This document shows, piece by piece, positions 12,673 through 26,107 of a stretch of DNA of 64,000 bases. The notes beneath the pieces were generated by a model. The model was given only the letters and a program-made list of their open reading frames with translations, was not told where the DNA came from and did not search any database. Made by a program: the position numbers and the translations under genes. The DNA comes from Lama guanicoe (lineage: Eukaryota), in the NCBI GenBank assembly GCA_013239625.1, contig MU056000.1:10241175-10305174 (forward strand), written 5' to 3'. Position 1 is the first letter of the stretch, and every line of letters begins with the position of its first letter.

Positions 12673-13120
12673 TTTTTTGTTGAGGTGTAATTGACACATT
12701 ATGTTGGTTTCAGGTATATTGCATAATGATTCAATATCTGTATATATGGTGAAACGATCACCACAGTAAGTCTAGTGAACACTCATCGCCCCACATGTAG
12801 TTACAAATTTTTTGGTTGTGATGCAGCTTTGAACATCTACTCTCTTAGCAACTTTCACATATGAAATATGACAACGTGGCTGGACCTGGAGGGCATTATG
12901 CTAAGTGAAATAAATGTCAGACAAAGACAAATACTGAATACCCTCGCTTAAATGTGGAATCTGAAAAAACGAAACAAACAAAAATCCGAACTCATGGATA
13001 AGGAGAACAGGTTGGTGGTTGCCAGGGTGGGGCTTGGGGGTGGGGGTAAAGGGGGTCTAACGGTCCAAACGTCCAATTATAAAATGGGTAAGTCCTGGGC
13101 TGTAATGCACAGCGTGGTGC
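12673..13120 (-). mobile_element. LINE-1 (L1MA-type) 3' end with internal inversion
   Basis: Antisense 3' terminus 12673-12867 abutting sense segment 12868-13120 (tggacctggagggcattatgctaagtgaaata...). Confidence 0.75.
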
Positions 13121-13207
13121 ACATAGTCAGGGAGCATCTGCTATTGCCATAAAGATAGGTAAAAAGCACACCTGTCCCCTGTGCCTCGGGCCACTTCCAA
13201 GAGTCAG

Positions 13208-13535
13208 GTTTTGTTGTTTTTGTTTTTACTGAGGTAACATTGATTTATAACATTATATGAGTGTCATGTGTACAACGTCGTATTTCTCCTTTCTGTGTCC
13301 CCTACGCAGATGTAATTTCCATCCATCACTGCATGGCTGACCCCCTTTACCCTTTTCTCCCTCCCAGCCCCTAGCCCCTAGCCCCTGCCGTATAACTGCT
13401 GCTCTATTCCCTGAATCTGCATGTTCCTGTTTGGTTTGGCTGCTTCTTCTATTTTGTTTTTTTGTTTGTTTATTCGTTGTTGGTTTTTTTTTCACATATA
13501 AGTGAAATCAGATGGCATTTGTCTTTCTCTGTCCT
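13208..13535 (-). mobile_element. LINE-1 3' end fragment
   Basis: T-rich tail, ttgatttataacattat...ttcacatataagtgaaatcagatggcatttgtctttctctgtc; degenerate TSD ccaagagtcag / ccaaagaatcag. Confidence 0.7.
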
Positions 13536-15829
13536 ACCAAAGAATCAGTTTCGCTCCCTCCGCTCCCTTCCTCTTCAGTGTATAGAAGTGAGCCTTGTGA
13601 AAACGGTTTCATGATTTCAGTGGTATTTGGGGGTAGTATTTGCTGGAACAGAGGAATTCTGTGCCTTGTCCCATCCTGTCCCACAAGCCAGGTCACTGAG
13701 CTAAGGCCTCACTATTGAGTCAGAGAGGAGGCGGCTAGCTGACACCCCAGGTGGGAGGCAGACACCCTGCGGCTCAGGTGGCGTCCGGGCCCCAGGGCAG
13801 GAGGGACGCCAGGCCCAGGCTTCTGGAGGCCCAGCGGCGGAGCAGAGGCGGGAGCGGGGTCTACCCCCGTGTACTAGGTGTGTCCCATCCAGGACGTGCC
13901 GACTCTGCATCAGGCTGCCATCGTCAGTGTTGTCACGTTTTGTTGGAATTGCAGTGTTTTTCTAGTGGGATTTTTTTAAACGTGTGTTTTGTTTTCTCAA
14001 CAAATTTCAAAGAAAAGATACTAACTAGTTTGTGCTGGCTTTGTGAGAACTTATCTCTTGAAAGTGTAGTGTAACTAAAACTAGAGGCCACCATTGGCTC
14101 CAGCACTCAGTGGCCCAGTTTCTCAGTGTCCCCAGAGGCTAGCTTGCCGTCCAGTGTGCCAGACCCCTCCTTCAGTGACACCGATTCAGTGTTTGAGGTG
14201 GAATTGGCTCCTTTATCTTTCTTCCCATCAGTACTTCTGTTTAGATTACAGTGAAGAGAAAGCAGTCTTCCTTGGATGTACATTTCCTTACATTATTCGG
14301 CACCACTGAATGAGTGTAAAACACCGAGGCAGCATGTTTTCTAAGACGCAGCAGTTTAACATTCAGCGTCCCTTTCCGCATTCCTTAAATTAAGTTTTCA
14401 CCCATGAATGAATTAGCTCCTCGCTGACTCCCAGGCAGGTGTGTCCCGGAGGTTCCGTGGCTCAGGGATGAGGGGGCTCAGCCTCGGGGAAGCATGTGTG
14501 TGAAGATGGAGTTGAGATTTTGAGAGAATGTTTTTTCATTTTCTTTTCCGGCAGAAGAAATGCAGTGGCAAAGGTCCACTTTTTGATAAATGTCTGTCTT
14601 TGGACAGGAGTCGGGGTGGGAGGGCCACAGTGGCCCAGTGCTACTGAAGGTTGGTGTTCTCTTTTGGGAGCAGGTGGCAAGTCACCTGCCTCTACCCAGC
14701 CCCTTGCATGTGGAAGGCAGGTGACCATGAAGTGAGTGTAACTGTTTCAGCCAGAAAAGCCCACCTACTGGACACCATATCATGGATGTTTTTGTTAAAT
14801 ATTTTGACTTGATAAAAATACCGTACTCTTGTTTTGGTAAAATATTTGTTACTGCTCAGTGCAGCCTAACTGGTACATACTTGATTTCTTACAGCAAAAC
14901 TTGCCTCTTCAGTTGATTTGAGGAGGTTAGTGGACTGAAGGTAATTGAATTTGTGTGGAGCATTGAGCTCACCTAGCGCCCTGCTGCACCCTCTGTCTTC
15001 TGGCCCCCTGATAACTTCCTGAGGGCGGGGTTGGTAGTCTGAGGATCCCCGTTGTAACAGAGTCCTAGAGAAATTCAGAGATCTCTTAGGTCACTGCTTC
15101 ATCAAAGCGTCTCTTAAATCCGTAATACTGTTACTACTATACAGTAGGACTTACAGAGGTTGGAGGGGTTTTCGTGGGAAATATTAGAGCAAATTGGGAG
15201 ATTCCTCATGGTCGTAACGCTGTCATACTTCCTGTTATTTATAACGGCAGCAACCGTGTTCATGAGAACTTAGGGAAAGCAAAAACAAAACAAAACGCAA
15301 GACAAGAGTATGTTATTGACTTGGACCCCTTCTAGGTGGCGCAGAGCGTCAGTCCGCGTTTGGCAGGTCGATGAGCGGCATTTTTCAAGTTGAACTGCAG
15401 AGTCAGTGTGAGTGTGAGGGGGTCGGGAGGCTTCCTGATACCAGCCTGACCTCACGCGCAGGTTTGCCCGTGTTGCACAGGGCATCACCTTCGTCACCTG
15501 GGGCCTCTTTTCCCTAATCTGTAAGAGCAACGAGACCTCTGTCTAAAATGTCTTTAATTAAAATTCTTGGATTGTATGAAATTTGACGTCTTACAAAAAT
15601 GGGTAAAAACATAACACGGATTGACAAACATTTTAACATTTTTAGTGAAATTAACTCTTCGGACCACAAGTAACTCGACCAAAAGTAAGTTCTTTGCCAG
15701 CCCTCTGCTTATTTTTTAAATTTGCCTGCCCTGTTGAGAATAGTTACTGACCTGATAAGAGCCATCTGGTGAGACTGTTTTCAACTAAATGTACATTTAA
15801 CAATGAAAGAACTTTTAGAAGGTTAGCTT

Positions 15830-16560
15830 GTGTTTGCCATCATTAGTCCTTAGGGAATTGCTACTTAAAACCATGGTGAGATACCACTCATTTCGAATGG
15901 CTGCAGTTGAAAAGACCGACCTTATAGGGGATGGGTGGGGACGTGGAGGGACTGGAACTCTCACATGCTGTGGGGGCGGGGAGGGACGTGAAATGGTACA
16001 GCCACTTTGGAAAACAGTTTGGCAGTTTGTTAAAAAGTTAAAACATACACCTGCCACATGATCCAACCACTCCGCACCGAGGTCTCTACCTACAAGAACG
16101 GAAGGAACCGGTGCACACGAGGACTGTGTGCCAGCGCTCACAGCTGCTGTGTTTGTGATGGCCCCAGACTGGAAACAGCCCACATCTCCTCGATGTCTGA
16201 GTGGGTACGTTGTGGCTTCAACACAGAATGCAGAACTGCTCAGTAATGAAAAGGGAAGAACTGGATCCACACTGTCATATGGATGAAATCTCAAAATAAT
16301 TATGCTGGAAGAAAGAAGCTAGACAATAGAGCACATACTGTATGATTCCATGTTTATACTTCTTTAAGAAAATGCAAGCCAATCTACAGTGGCAGGAAGC
16401 AGGTCGGACAGGACAGGAGGTGGGGAGGGTTACCGAGGGCACCAGAAGACTTTGGGGATGGCGGAGCTATTCACGGTCCTGGTAGCCTTGATCTTTCATA
16501 GGTTTACACATGTGTCAAAATCTACTGAGTTGTGTACTTTCCATTTCTGCAGTTCATTGT
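15830..16560 (+). mobile_element. Old LINE-1 (L1MC/L1MD-like) ORF2 end and 3'UTR
   Basis: aaatggtacagccactttggaaaacagtttggcagtt...catatggatgaaatctcaaaataattatgctg...catactgtatgattcca. Confidence 0.75.
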
Positions 16561-16833
16561 GTGTCAGTCATGCCTCAGTACAGCGGCTGTGCCGTGCTAG
16601 CCACGATGCCAGCGTGGCCGGGCCGGGCTGGGGCCGGTGCCTTCCCCACCCCCGCAGCTGGGGCAGCTGTCTGCAATGGACACGTGAGATACAGGAGGTG
16701 ATTCTTCCATCCCTGAGGAAGTGGGAAGCATTTTCTCCAGACACCAACCACTTCCAAGCCACCAGGGCCCACTCAGTCTAATTAATTGTCCTTTTCACTA
16801 CATGGCTCCCCAGAGATCTGGAGGAGGCATGGG

Positions 16834-17375
16834 CTTCCCGGCGGCAAGCGAGGTGCTCTGTTTCCACCAGGCTGAAAGCAGCTCTTGTTCCAAGTTGTCC
16901 TTACCCGCCCACGTCCCCGGACACATTGCTGATGGTCATGGCCGTGAAGGTGCTCAGGTGTCTTCGGGAAGCACGCTTCTCATTGCAGGACTGAGCTGTG
17001 GCCAGGCTGGGAGGGGACCTGGCAGAGCCATGTCTGGACTGCGTGCTGGGCGCAGGGATAGATCTGTTCCACCACGTTACGTGCTTCCTTCTTTCCTGAG
17101 GGATACTTCCCGGCGGCAAGCGAGGTGCTCTGTTCCACCAGGCTGAAAGCAGCTCTTGTTCCAAGTTGTCCTTACCCGCCCACGTCCCCGGACACATTGC
17201 TGATGGTCATGGCCGTGAAGGTGCTCAGGTGTCTTCGGGAAGCACGCTTCTCATTGCAGGACTGAGCTGTGGCCAGGCTGGGAGGGGACCTGGCAGAGCC
17301 ATGTCTGGACTGCGTGCTGGGCGCAGGGATAGATCTGTTCCACCACGTTACGTGCTTCCTTCTTTCCTGAGGGAT
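16834..17375. repeat. Direct tandem duplication, 271 + 270 bp, single 'a' spacer
   Basis: 16834-17104 equals 17106-17375 except for a 1-bp indel (ctgtttcc vs ctgttcc). Confidence 0.97.
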
Positions 17376-17787
17376 GTAAAGCCCCTCTCTCTGTGCAGTG
17401 GTTTAATAATTAATAATGGATTGTAATGCCCTTGCTAAAAATAAAACTATCCATCTGCTGAATAAGAATCCAAAGATGTGTAGAAGAAAGTCTGTTACGT
17501 TTAGCAGATGTTCCAGTTGTTGGAGGGGTCTTTTCTCCTTCCTGTTGCGCTCGGGCTGAGTCTAGGAAGGACTGGGAAGAGTCACTTCCCTTCCCTCTCC
17601 TTTCTCTCCTTTGTGACAGTCACCTTGGGCTCTCGGCTCGTTTGTTTTTTCACCCCGTGTCCTGCTCCGTCTGCGTGTGTGTTCCGCTGGCCGGCAGGCT
17701 GTGTGGGTGCCTCTACCCGGCCCGGGTCCCCCACCCCCCCATCCCGGGACACGGAGCAGGACCCGGCTCACGGCTCTCCCCCTGCAG

Positions 17788-17957
17788 CTGTGGACATGGC
17801 TGGAGGAGCTGCAGAAGGAGCTGCTGGACGACGTGTATGCCGAGTCGGTGGAGGCCGTGCAGGACCTCATCAAGCGCTTCGGCCAGCAGCAGCAGACCAC
17901 CCTGCAGGTGACGGTCAACGTGATCAAGGAAGGGGAGGACCTCATCCAGCAGCTGAG
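17788..17957 (+). CDS. TRIO: TRIO coding exon (~exon 12), spectrin repeat region, 170 nt
   Basis: cctgcag|CTG...CTGAG|gtgggc; [56 protein letters not shown]. Confidence 0.96.
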
Positions 17958-18994
17958 GTGGGCCCGTCCGTGTCCTCCCATCCGTGCCCTCCTGTCCCTG
18001 CCCGTGCTCCTGTCCGTGCCCTCCTGTCCCTACACAGATGCTCTGAGATCTGCCAGGGACTTCCCCTTCTCCTCTATTTTTCGAACAATTAGCTGTAATT
18101 CTCTGTGTAACTAGGCAGAGAACAGGTGACATCCATACATGCAAAGGAGACTAGCATTTCTCTCTCTTTTCTTTTTTTCCCCCTCAATCTTTTTCACTCC
18201 ATGATTTTTCTCCTTACAGCATTGACTACTAAACCTTCCCAGAATTCAACTCTTATTAATATTCCCTTTTATCACCTACCTAATTATTACTGAGATTTCC
18301 TAACAAACCAGGTTAATTTAAACCTCCCAGGACCACATGCTGCAGGGCCTGAGTGATCTGCTCCTCTGCAGTGAGGCTGGCGTACCTCCTTCGGACCCCC
18401 AGCTCGGGCAGGGCTGGCCCGGCCTCCGGTGACCCCGGTCCCTCCCGCAGGTGCTTCTAGGGGCAGGATGGCAGGAGACTGCACTGGGGCTGGAAGCAAA
18501 TTCCTTTAATTGGTTACAGGGAGCGTTCACATAAAGGTAGTCCTACAGGCTCATGTAGAAGACAGCTGATCAAATCGTCAGTCCTAACTTTGCATGATGC
18601 TCTTTGCTAAGAGGCAGAAGTCCCTTGACGAAGGCTTAGTTGACTGCTGCACAGTTTAACCCTTTCCAGCCGATGCTGCTCTCTCTAAGTAGTATCACCT
18701 GTCCTCTACCTAAGGACAAACTACAGATGAAACTCCCCTGAAATGGTTTGTGTAATTAGTAGCCTTCTTCTAAGAGGGACTGTGAGGAAGTGCGGAAGGA
18801 ATTCCTCCGTGTGTCCTCAGATCGGAGGAAGAAGCCGGGGGGTTTGGCGGGAGGGGGGCTTGTTCCATTTTCTGAAAGCAGCAGTCCCGCTTCCTGCCGG
18901 CCTCTCCCCTGGAGCCCTGGGCTGCCGGATCTGGCCTCTGCCGCCGTAAGACTTGCCCATCCAATTCCTGTTTGTCCCCCGCTGCTCCTCGCAG

Positions 18995-19169
18995 GGACTC
19001 GGCCATCTCCAGTAACAAGACCCCGCACAACAGCTCCATCAGCCACATCGAGACGGTGCTGCAGCAGCTGGACGAGGCCCAGGCACAGATGGAGGAGCTC
19101 TTCCAGGAGCGCAAGATCAAGCTGGAGCTCTTCCTGCAGCTGCGCGTGTTTGAGAGGGACGCCGTTGAT
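18995..19169 (+). CDS. TRIO: TRIO coding exon (~exon 13), 175 nt
   Basis: ctcgcag|G...GAT|gtgagt; [58 protein letters not shown]. Confidence 0.96.
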
Positions 19170-22019
19170 GTGAGTGTCCCTGGCACCCCGCATCCCTCCG
19201 CCCCTGCCCTGTCCGGCTCCTGGGTCCTTGCCCCCGCCCCCCATCTCTGTGCGGTGGTTGCGGGGAGAGGAGGAGGAGGAAGAGGACAGAGAAAGGACAG
19301 AGTGGCTCTTCCTAGCTCAGCCCTGGGCTCTGGCGTTTGAAGCTGGGGGAGGCAGGTTGGGAGCAGGGCTGACACCACACAGCAGGACAGCAAAGCCAGC
19401 GAGCTTGGTGAGTGGAGTCCAGGCGGGGCTTCTACTGACACGTCACCTCAGCTTGTTGATCCCTGATTGGACCCTGCACTGCGCTCGGCTTGGCTTGGCC
19501 TGGCCGCAGAGGCACGCACTCAGGGCGGCGGGGCTCTCCCCTGCCACCCCGCCTTCCTCCCTCCCCACCTCCCTCCCAGCTCTCTCCTCCCGAGTCAGAT
19601 TTCCCTGAGTCTGTGGTAATAATGTTTTAGGTCCTGGAAACGTCTCCAGATATTGTCAGGTGATCTGTGATTCTTACCTAAAAATTGACTTTTGCACCTT
19701 ATTTAGGCTAGGAGAACGAAGGACAGGTTTCTTTTCTTTTTCTTCAACCAAGAGAGGATGGTTTTTAATTCTCTGCCAGGCAAGATCTTTTTTTTTTTCT
19801 TTTTTAACTTGATGAGCACAAGCAGAAGTGAGTATGATTGGATGCCGCTAAATCTGTGTAGGAAACACAATGAAAGGAACCAAAACTCCCTGGGTGAGGC
19901 CAGCCTCCCAGAGCCCGTGGGCTTCGTGCAGCTGCTTACAGGGCCTGCTGCCCATCCAGGTACCTCCTCCGCCCAGGTGGCCCCGTGCCTGCCGACCAGG
20001 ATCTGTCGAGCACACTGTGTTCATATCTGTCACTCGTCCTGGAGGGTAGTCGGGCCCAGACCCCAGGTGCCCCCGAAGGCAGAGGATGGCAGGGCTGCTC
20101 AGCTCAGGGGACCCTCAGCCCCTTGCCCGGCTCCCTGCAGAGATTTGATGTGGGTGCAGGGGCCTCTCACAGGGGCCTTGCGTTGGCTGCTTCTGAACTG
20201 TCCAGCAACATTTTCATGAAAGAAAGACCTTCGTAGCTGTTTCATTGTTGTCATAGGTCACATGTTGCCTGGGAAAACTGCTCAGGTCCTCTGGTCTTGA
20301 CCTTCCCATCCCCGTGGAGCCGCGGAGAGAAGAGGTGTGCTGGTCTCAGCTCCCGGAGGCCCTGCTGCGGCCTGGGAGGCGGTCAGGGTCAGGGTGCAGC
20401 CCTGCGTGGACAAGAGAGCCAGCATGGCTGCCTTCCTCTGACCTCTGCTTCAGAGGAATTGCTTCCGCCAGCTTAGCTGCTTGTTGAATAGTGTCAGTTA
20501 AGAAACACAAAGCAGTCAGAAGCATTATTTGAAGTTTTCCTTCCAGGACATCTTGAGATCTGGGGAAAAAAAATAAAATTGGCTTTACTTGTATTAACAC
20601 TACTGCAAAGGTGAAAAAAGAATTCGTTACTGTATTTCCACTTTTATTGAACCAGTGTTCTAAAATGCAGATGAGGAACCAAAAATGTACAGTTTCCCCA
20701 CACTATAGCCACAAAATTTCAGGAGGCCTTAACAGAGCCAGCACGCTTGGCCAGGGGTAAGCGCTTTCCTGAGCTGGGGAATTAACCCTGCAGCTCAGTC
20801 CCAGGCCAGCCAAAGTACAGTCTAAAAGCTTTTACAGTGTCACAGCCTGGGAACCTCTTCTCTGGAGTAATCCTGAAAATGTGAAAACCTGAGCTATTTA
20901 GGCTCCACTGGGATTTCCCCTCCTGTCTGGACTGATGCCCCTTGTGAGTGCACACAGGAGGCATGGAGTTACCTTCATGGGAGAAATTCATCTGTTACAG
21001 GGTCATTTTTTAAAAAATCCCCCATGTCTCTTGTATTTCAATTGAAATAGCATTTCCATCTCTCAAGAGCAGAGTGGGATTTTCTATGGTTTAGAATATT
21101 GCAATTTCAGGCTCCAGATATTCTAAATAAAATCTGCTCTGTTGATCTACAAAGAACAGCACAAGCATTATCCTGGCGTCCTATGACGGATTAGTTGTGG
21201 AAACAGGCTTAACTGTATGTGGGTTTAGAAAGAAAAACAGACTTTCTAAAAATTCGGGGGCACATTTTAAAAAATGGGTTCCTATTCAAAAAAAGACCTC
21301 CGCTTTCTTGAGCTTTGTTTTTGCCACAGATTCCGTTTCTTGGCTTATGTGGTTATTAACAGGCAGTAATGCTAAACTTGGGGCAGAATTCTTCCTGATG
21401 ACCCTGGATCATGGCCACTGCCGGGGCTTCTTTGTGCACAGTACGTGTGTTTGAATCCTGCTGCACTTAGCACATTGATCTTTGTTTATTATCCACTTCT
21501 TGAGTATTTTCTGAGCCTGTTGTCTCTGTGAGGCATTGTCGCTGAGTCTGTAAGTCACCACCACACCTAACCCTCTCCTCCCTCAGGGTCAGAAAACAAA
21601 TAAACATTAAGAAAGGAAATTCCTCTTAGGATAAAGATTAAAGTTACGGTAATTTTTTTTCCTTTTAAAAATAATTTTCTTGTGGCTTCTTGATTTTTGT
21701 CTAATTTGGCATTACTTAAAATTATTAATTTATTAATTAATATAATTTAATAAATGGATGTAGCATACACACATATTATGTAGATCCCAGTAGTAAAAGA
21801 AGAAATCAGGAAGATTTGTGCAATAGGAGTTCAGAGAAGTCTTAAGATTTTTATTACTTTCATCTCCCAGCTGGATTCTGTATGAAGTCTCTCAAATTCT
21901 CAAACTAATTTGGTTACTGCTCCTGAGGACAAAGTAAATTAGAATCCATGGGAAATATTTCATTGAAGTGTGGAGAATAACACTCTTTAACAAGAAGTTT
22001 TTTCCTTCTTTCTGGATTT

Positions 22020-23215
22020 CATAATTTTTGGTCTTAACTTTCCTAACATACTTTGAAAAATTTTCAAGCCCACAGAGAAGTAGCGAGAATAGCACAGCGG
22101 CCTTCCGCATGCCTGTCCTCTGAAGTTCCGCGAGATTTTTGCCCCTCTTACTTCAAGTATCACCTTCTCCAGTTGTGCTGTGGTGTTTTAGAGGAAATCT
22201 TTGCCAGCTTACAATATTTCACTCCTAAAGACTTTGTAAATATCTCTTTAAAAGTAGGTTATTTTCCTGTATAACCACATCATATCCTAAGCACCTCGCC
22301 AATTTAACAGTTACTTCTGTATTATCTTCTAATACCCAGCCTCTGTTCAGATTTCTGCAAGTGCTTCAGAGAGGAGGCACGTGGGGTCTGCTCCTGTATT
22401 TGATGGTTAGTCTCTTCATCTAGAACTCTCTCTGTCCACCCTTCTTTATTTTTCCCCACACCATGATTTGTTGAATTAACTGACAGTCGTCAAAGGAAGC
22501 AGGTCCCACATTCTGTGTTTCCTCCCTCGACCTCTTTGAGGCTGTTTAACTGCTTTTCTCCTTGGCATTTCCTGTAACCTTAGAAGGTAGATGGAAGGAC
22601 CCAATTAGATTCAGGTTCGTTTTGGTACAAGAAGCCCTGCGGGTGGCACAGCATTGTTCCTCCTGTCAGGAGGTGTGTCCTGTATGGCACCGCTTCTTCA
22701 GGGATGCTTGGGGCGGTCTGCAAGGTTAGGACCAGCAGCCTGATCCCTGTCAACGTCCTGTCAGATCCCTGTCTCTTGTGGGCACTGGTGATCCTTACCT
22801 GAACAAGCATTTTACTAGGATTTTTTTTCATTAGAAAAAAGTTTTCTAATTTTAGTATTTCTACATTCAGTAGCTAGATCTAACCATAAAGAGGAACTTT
22901 CCTTCATCATTTTATGCTTAAATAATTTTCTCCTTTAAAGACCAGTTTTTAGGATAAAGTTTCCTTTTAATCAGAACCAAAGAGCCTTTCATTTAGTTTT
23001 CGGTTCTTTCGCTCTTCTTTTTCTTTTGACATCATTAGGAATTAATGGACTTCTGTATATTTAATGTATTTTGTTCTTCGTGGTCATTTTTTTAGTGTCT
23101 AATTGTTGCATCTTTGGCCAGTAGGAGCCCCATCAACTGGCTTCTGTGACCTTTTGACACAGACGCATTAGTCCCTTCCCTCCTTGGCACAGTGAGATGT
23201 CACAGCAGATACTTA
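22020..23215 (-). mobile_element. Old LINE-1 (L1MC-like) 3' region, degraded
   Basis: tttgaaaaattttcaagcccacagagaagtag... and catctttggccagtaggagccccatcaactggcttctgtgaccttttgaca resemble antisense L1MC 3'UTR. Confidence 0.5.
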
Positions 23216-23257
23216 ATTTTTAAGTCTTGGTCCTAAGCACATCCTTTCCTCTGTCAG

Positions 23258-23453
23258 ATCATCTCAGACCTTGAGTCTTGGAACGATGAGCTTTCTCAGC
23301 AGATGAATGACTTTGACACAGAGGACCTCACAATAGCAGAGCAGCGCCTCCAGCACCACGCGGACAAGGCTCTGACCATGAATAACCTGACCTTTGATGT
23401 CATCCACCAAGGGCAGGACCTACTGCAGTACGTCAACGAAGTGCAGGCCTCTG
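23258..23453 (+). CDS. TRIO: TRIO coding exon (~exon 14), 196 nt
   Basis: ctgtcag|ATC...TCTG|gtgagc; [65 protein letters not shown]. Confidence 0.96.
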
Positions 23454-24270
23454 GTGAGCAGTGCGTCCCGTCCCGGGTCGGCGGCGGGGCTTTCGTGTCC
23501 TGGCAGGAGCGTGTCCAGTTTATTTCAGTGTGACGGCTGTCAGCGGTTAGTTGACTTACTCCTGTGATTCAGGTGTTATAAATACCTGTTCTTTGAAAGG
23601 AAACGTCTGCTTTCTTTTACCCACAGAATGTGATCACTCCATGATTAGTGTACCACCCTTGATATTTTTACATGTTACCTCAAGTAGCATGACTTTAATT
23701 TTACAAATTATATATTGTATCTCCATGAATGAGATGTAAATCCCAAGAAGATATTTTCACATCTTCTATTTTTGTCTTAGTTACTATTTCACCAGCAGAT
23801 GTCACTGCAGGCTCAAAAATGTAGAGCGCGCTGTAGGGTTAGAAGCTTTGCAACAACCTGCGTCCTATGTTACTCATTTTACACAGGTCAAATTAAATGC
23901 TCTCTCAAGAGTGAAGGGGTACACAGTGGACAACAAAAACAAACCAAAACTCTCTTATTTATAAAGGACCTGTCATTTTCACCAGTTACCAATGTGGGAG
24001 TAGAAGTAGACTGATGGGAAATGGGTTCGGTTTGATTCGCTGCATGTTCTATTTGGCTGTAGAGCACATCAAATACACCCTCTGAGACACTCGCATGCGG
24101 AGGCGTCAGCTCCCCTGTGCTGGCTACGCCTTCCTCGAACTTGACCTTCAAAATAAGGGCTTAGGCCCCAGCAGGGCAGGTCATTCAGAAATGCAGAGTG
24201 TATGCCGTACGCCACTGAAGAACAGGTTGAAATGCTAATTGAATTCAGGTCCTCCCCTCTGTGTCCACAG

Positions 24271-24437
24271 GCGTGGAGCTTCTTTGTGACAGAGATGTAG
24301 ACATGGCCACTCGGGTCCAGGACTTGCTGGAGTTTCTCCATGAAAAGCAGCAGGAACTGGATTTAGCAGCTGAGCAGCATCGGAAGCACCTGGAGCAGTG
24401 CGTGCAGCTGCGCCACCTGCAGGCTGAAGTGAAGCAG
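24271..24437 (+). CDS. TRIO: TRIO coding exon (~exon 15), 167 nt
   Basis: tccacag|GC...CAG|gtaaac; [55 protein letters not shown]. Confidence 0.96.
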
Positions 24438-25039
24438 GTAAACAGACAGCTGGATGGAGAGCCAGGCCCGGGGACCCAGTTGACAAGCACACGCTGTGTG
24501 TTCTTCTGGTAATTCGGACATGTACACATTGGAGGAGATTATCCCGGGTCAGAACACAGCTGTCCTGATACTCAGTACAACACACACCCTAACACAGCCA
24601 CAGCTAGTGGGTAAAAATCAAGCCAGTGCCTGGACCGCTGTGTGTTTATGCTGCAGTGGAAAAGCCTTCGTCACCCAGCAGGTGGACCACTTTGAGAGCA
24701 CCCTCCATTTAGCTTATTTTGTTATTGGTGGTCTCTTGCTTCAAACCCTGAGCACATTAATTTCTGGGCTAAATAACTGTTAAGATTTATTTTTGCCAAG
24801 TAAGACTATTATCAGTCTGGGCAGGATCACAGGCTGTGTATGGCTGTGGTCTTCTTGTCAACAGGATGCTGTACTGCCACATCCCAGACAGCAGAGCAAA
24901 ATAGAAAGGGAACATTTGGAAGAGATTGTTTTTGGCTCAATGCCTGTGGGATTCCATGTGTATGTATATGCAGCATGTCTGTAACATTTTATCTCATGAG
25001 CAGGAAACCATGAAAGTACAGCTTTATGAGATACTGGTA

Positions 25040-25380
25040 GATGCACAGAAAAGTGTGTGTTAGTTTGATTGGAGGGGACTGAATGGTCGCAAAATGGCTG
25101 TCATAGCCCCAACTATCACCTCCACATTCCAGGTATCAGGGAGGGGAAAGCTTAACAGGAAAGAGGCAGCACCCGGATCAAAAAAGAAATGAGTTCCCCA
25201 AATCCCCCAGAAGCTCCTGCTTTGATCTCAGTGGCTAGAATTGTATTGTATCTGCAACCAAGCTATCATCAGAGCTGAGAAGTGGCTTTCTTTTAAGTTC
25301 CTTCCAGAAGTTGGGATTTTCTGAGTAAAGGAGATGAGGAAAATAGGTATTGGGTAGGTAACTAGCAGGTTCTGCCACAA
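25040..25380. mobile_element. MaLR LTR (MLT1J/K-like) remnant
   Basis: aaaatggctgtcatagcccca...cacattccagg...cccagaagctcctgctttgatctcagtggctagaattg. Confidence 0.45.
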
Positions 25381-25987
25381 ATGACTGCCCAGAATGACCT
25401 TCTACAATCTCTGTGGCTTCCAAAGTTAGGACTGACTTACCATTTTGTGATGCTGAGAATCTGGTGGTTTGACCCCAGCACTGGAGCACAGCTGAATTCA
25501 TTCTTTGCTTATTACGCTGTCTTAACACTGATGCTAAAGTGGAAAATATGTTAGTGAAATAAAATAGTTCCCTTATCAAGTAGTTTGCTAATTCTGCATG
25601 TTCATAAGGACTAAATAGGAATGAAAAGTATTTTTCTTTTTTCTTTTTTTTTTTTTGTATTTTTCTTGATTGACAGGAAATTCTTTGCAGCGGTAAGTTT
25701 TCTAGCATGTGGTCCTCAATCTCTTTTGACCTGTGGACTAGCAGTCAATCTACTGGACCCTCCACCTTTTTCAGCTCACACTTGAAACTAAAAATGACAG
25801 AATTAAATTTAAAATGCAGCCCTTGTGATCAGATACCACTGGCGGGTAGCAGGCTGTTGTCGGTAGGATCATGAGGAAGCAGGACTTCACAGCTGACGTG
25901 AGCGCGCTCGGACCTCTGCACTGCTGGTCTGTAGGATGGATGCCCCGAGGTAGGGCTGATACTTGGAGCTCCCATGTTGTGTTTCAG

Positions 25988-26107
25988 GTCCTGGGCTGGA
26001 TTCGCAATGGGGAGTCGATGTTGAACGCTGGGCTCATCACGGCCAGCTCGTTGCAGGAGGCGGAGCAGCTGCAGAGGGAACACGAGCAGTTCCAGCATGC
26101 CATCGAG
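25988..26107 (+). CDS. TRIO: TRIO coding exon (~exon 16), 120 nt
   Basis: gtttcag|GTC...GAG|gtaagg; [40 protein letters not shown]. Confidence 0.96.

Noticed and set aside
309..16781. Many 60-160 aa ORFs in the first intronic 17 kb
   Set aside because: No recognisable domains, many start at non-ATG codons, overlap repeats or GC-rich intron; expected by chance.
16834..17375. Direct repeats as a CRISPR-like array or LTR pair
   Set aside because: Only two adjacent copies with no spacers or internal region, in eukaryotic intron.
17965..18032. Short degenerate repeat ccgtgccctcctgtccct downstream of exon 12
   Set aside because: Two to three imperfect units of low-complexity sequence; no evident significance.
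17562..19441. Long minus-strand ORFs (139-223 aa) over exons 12-13, and similar ones over exon 21 (39006-39635)
   Set aside because: Antisense shadows of GC3-rich coding exons plus GC-rich flanks; no independent gene evidence.
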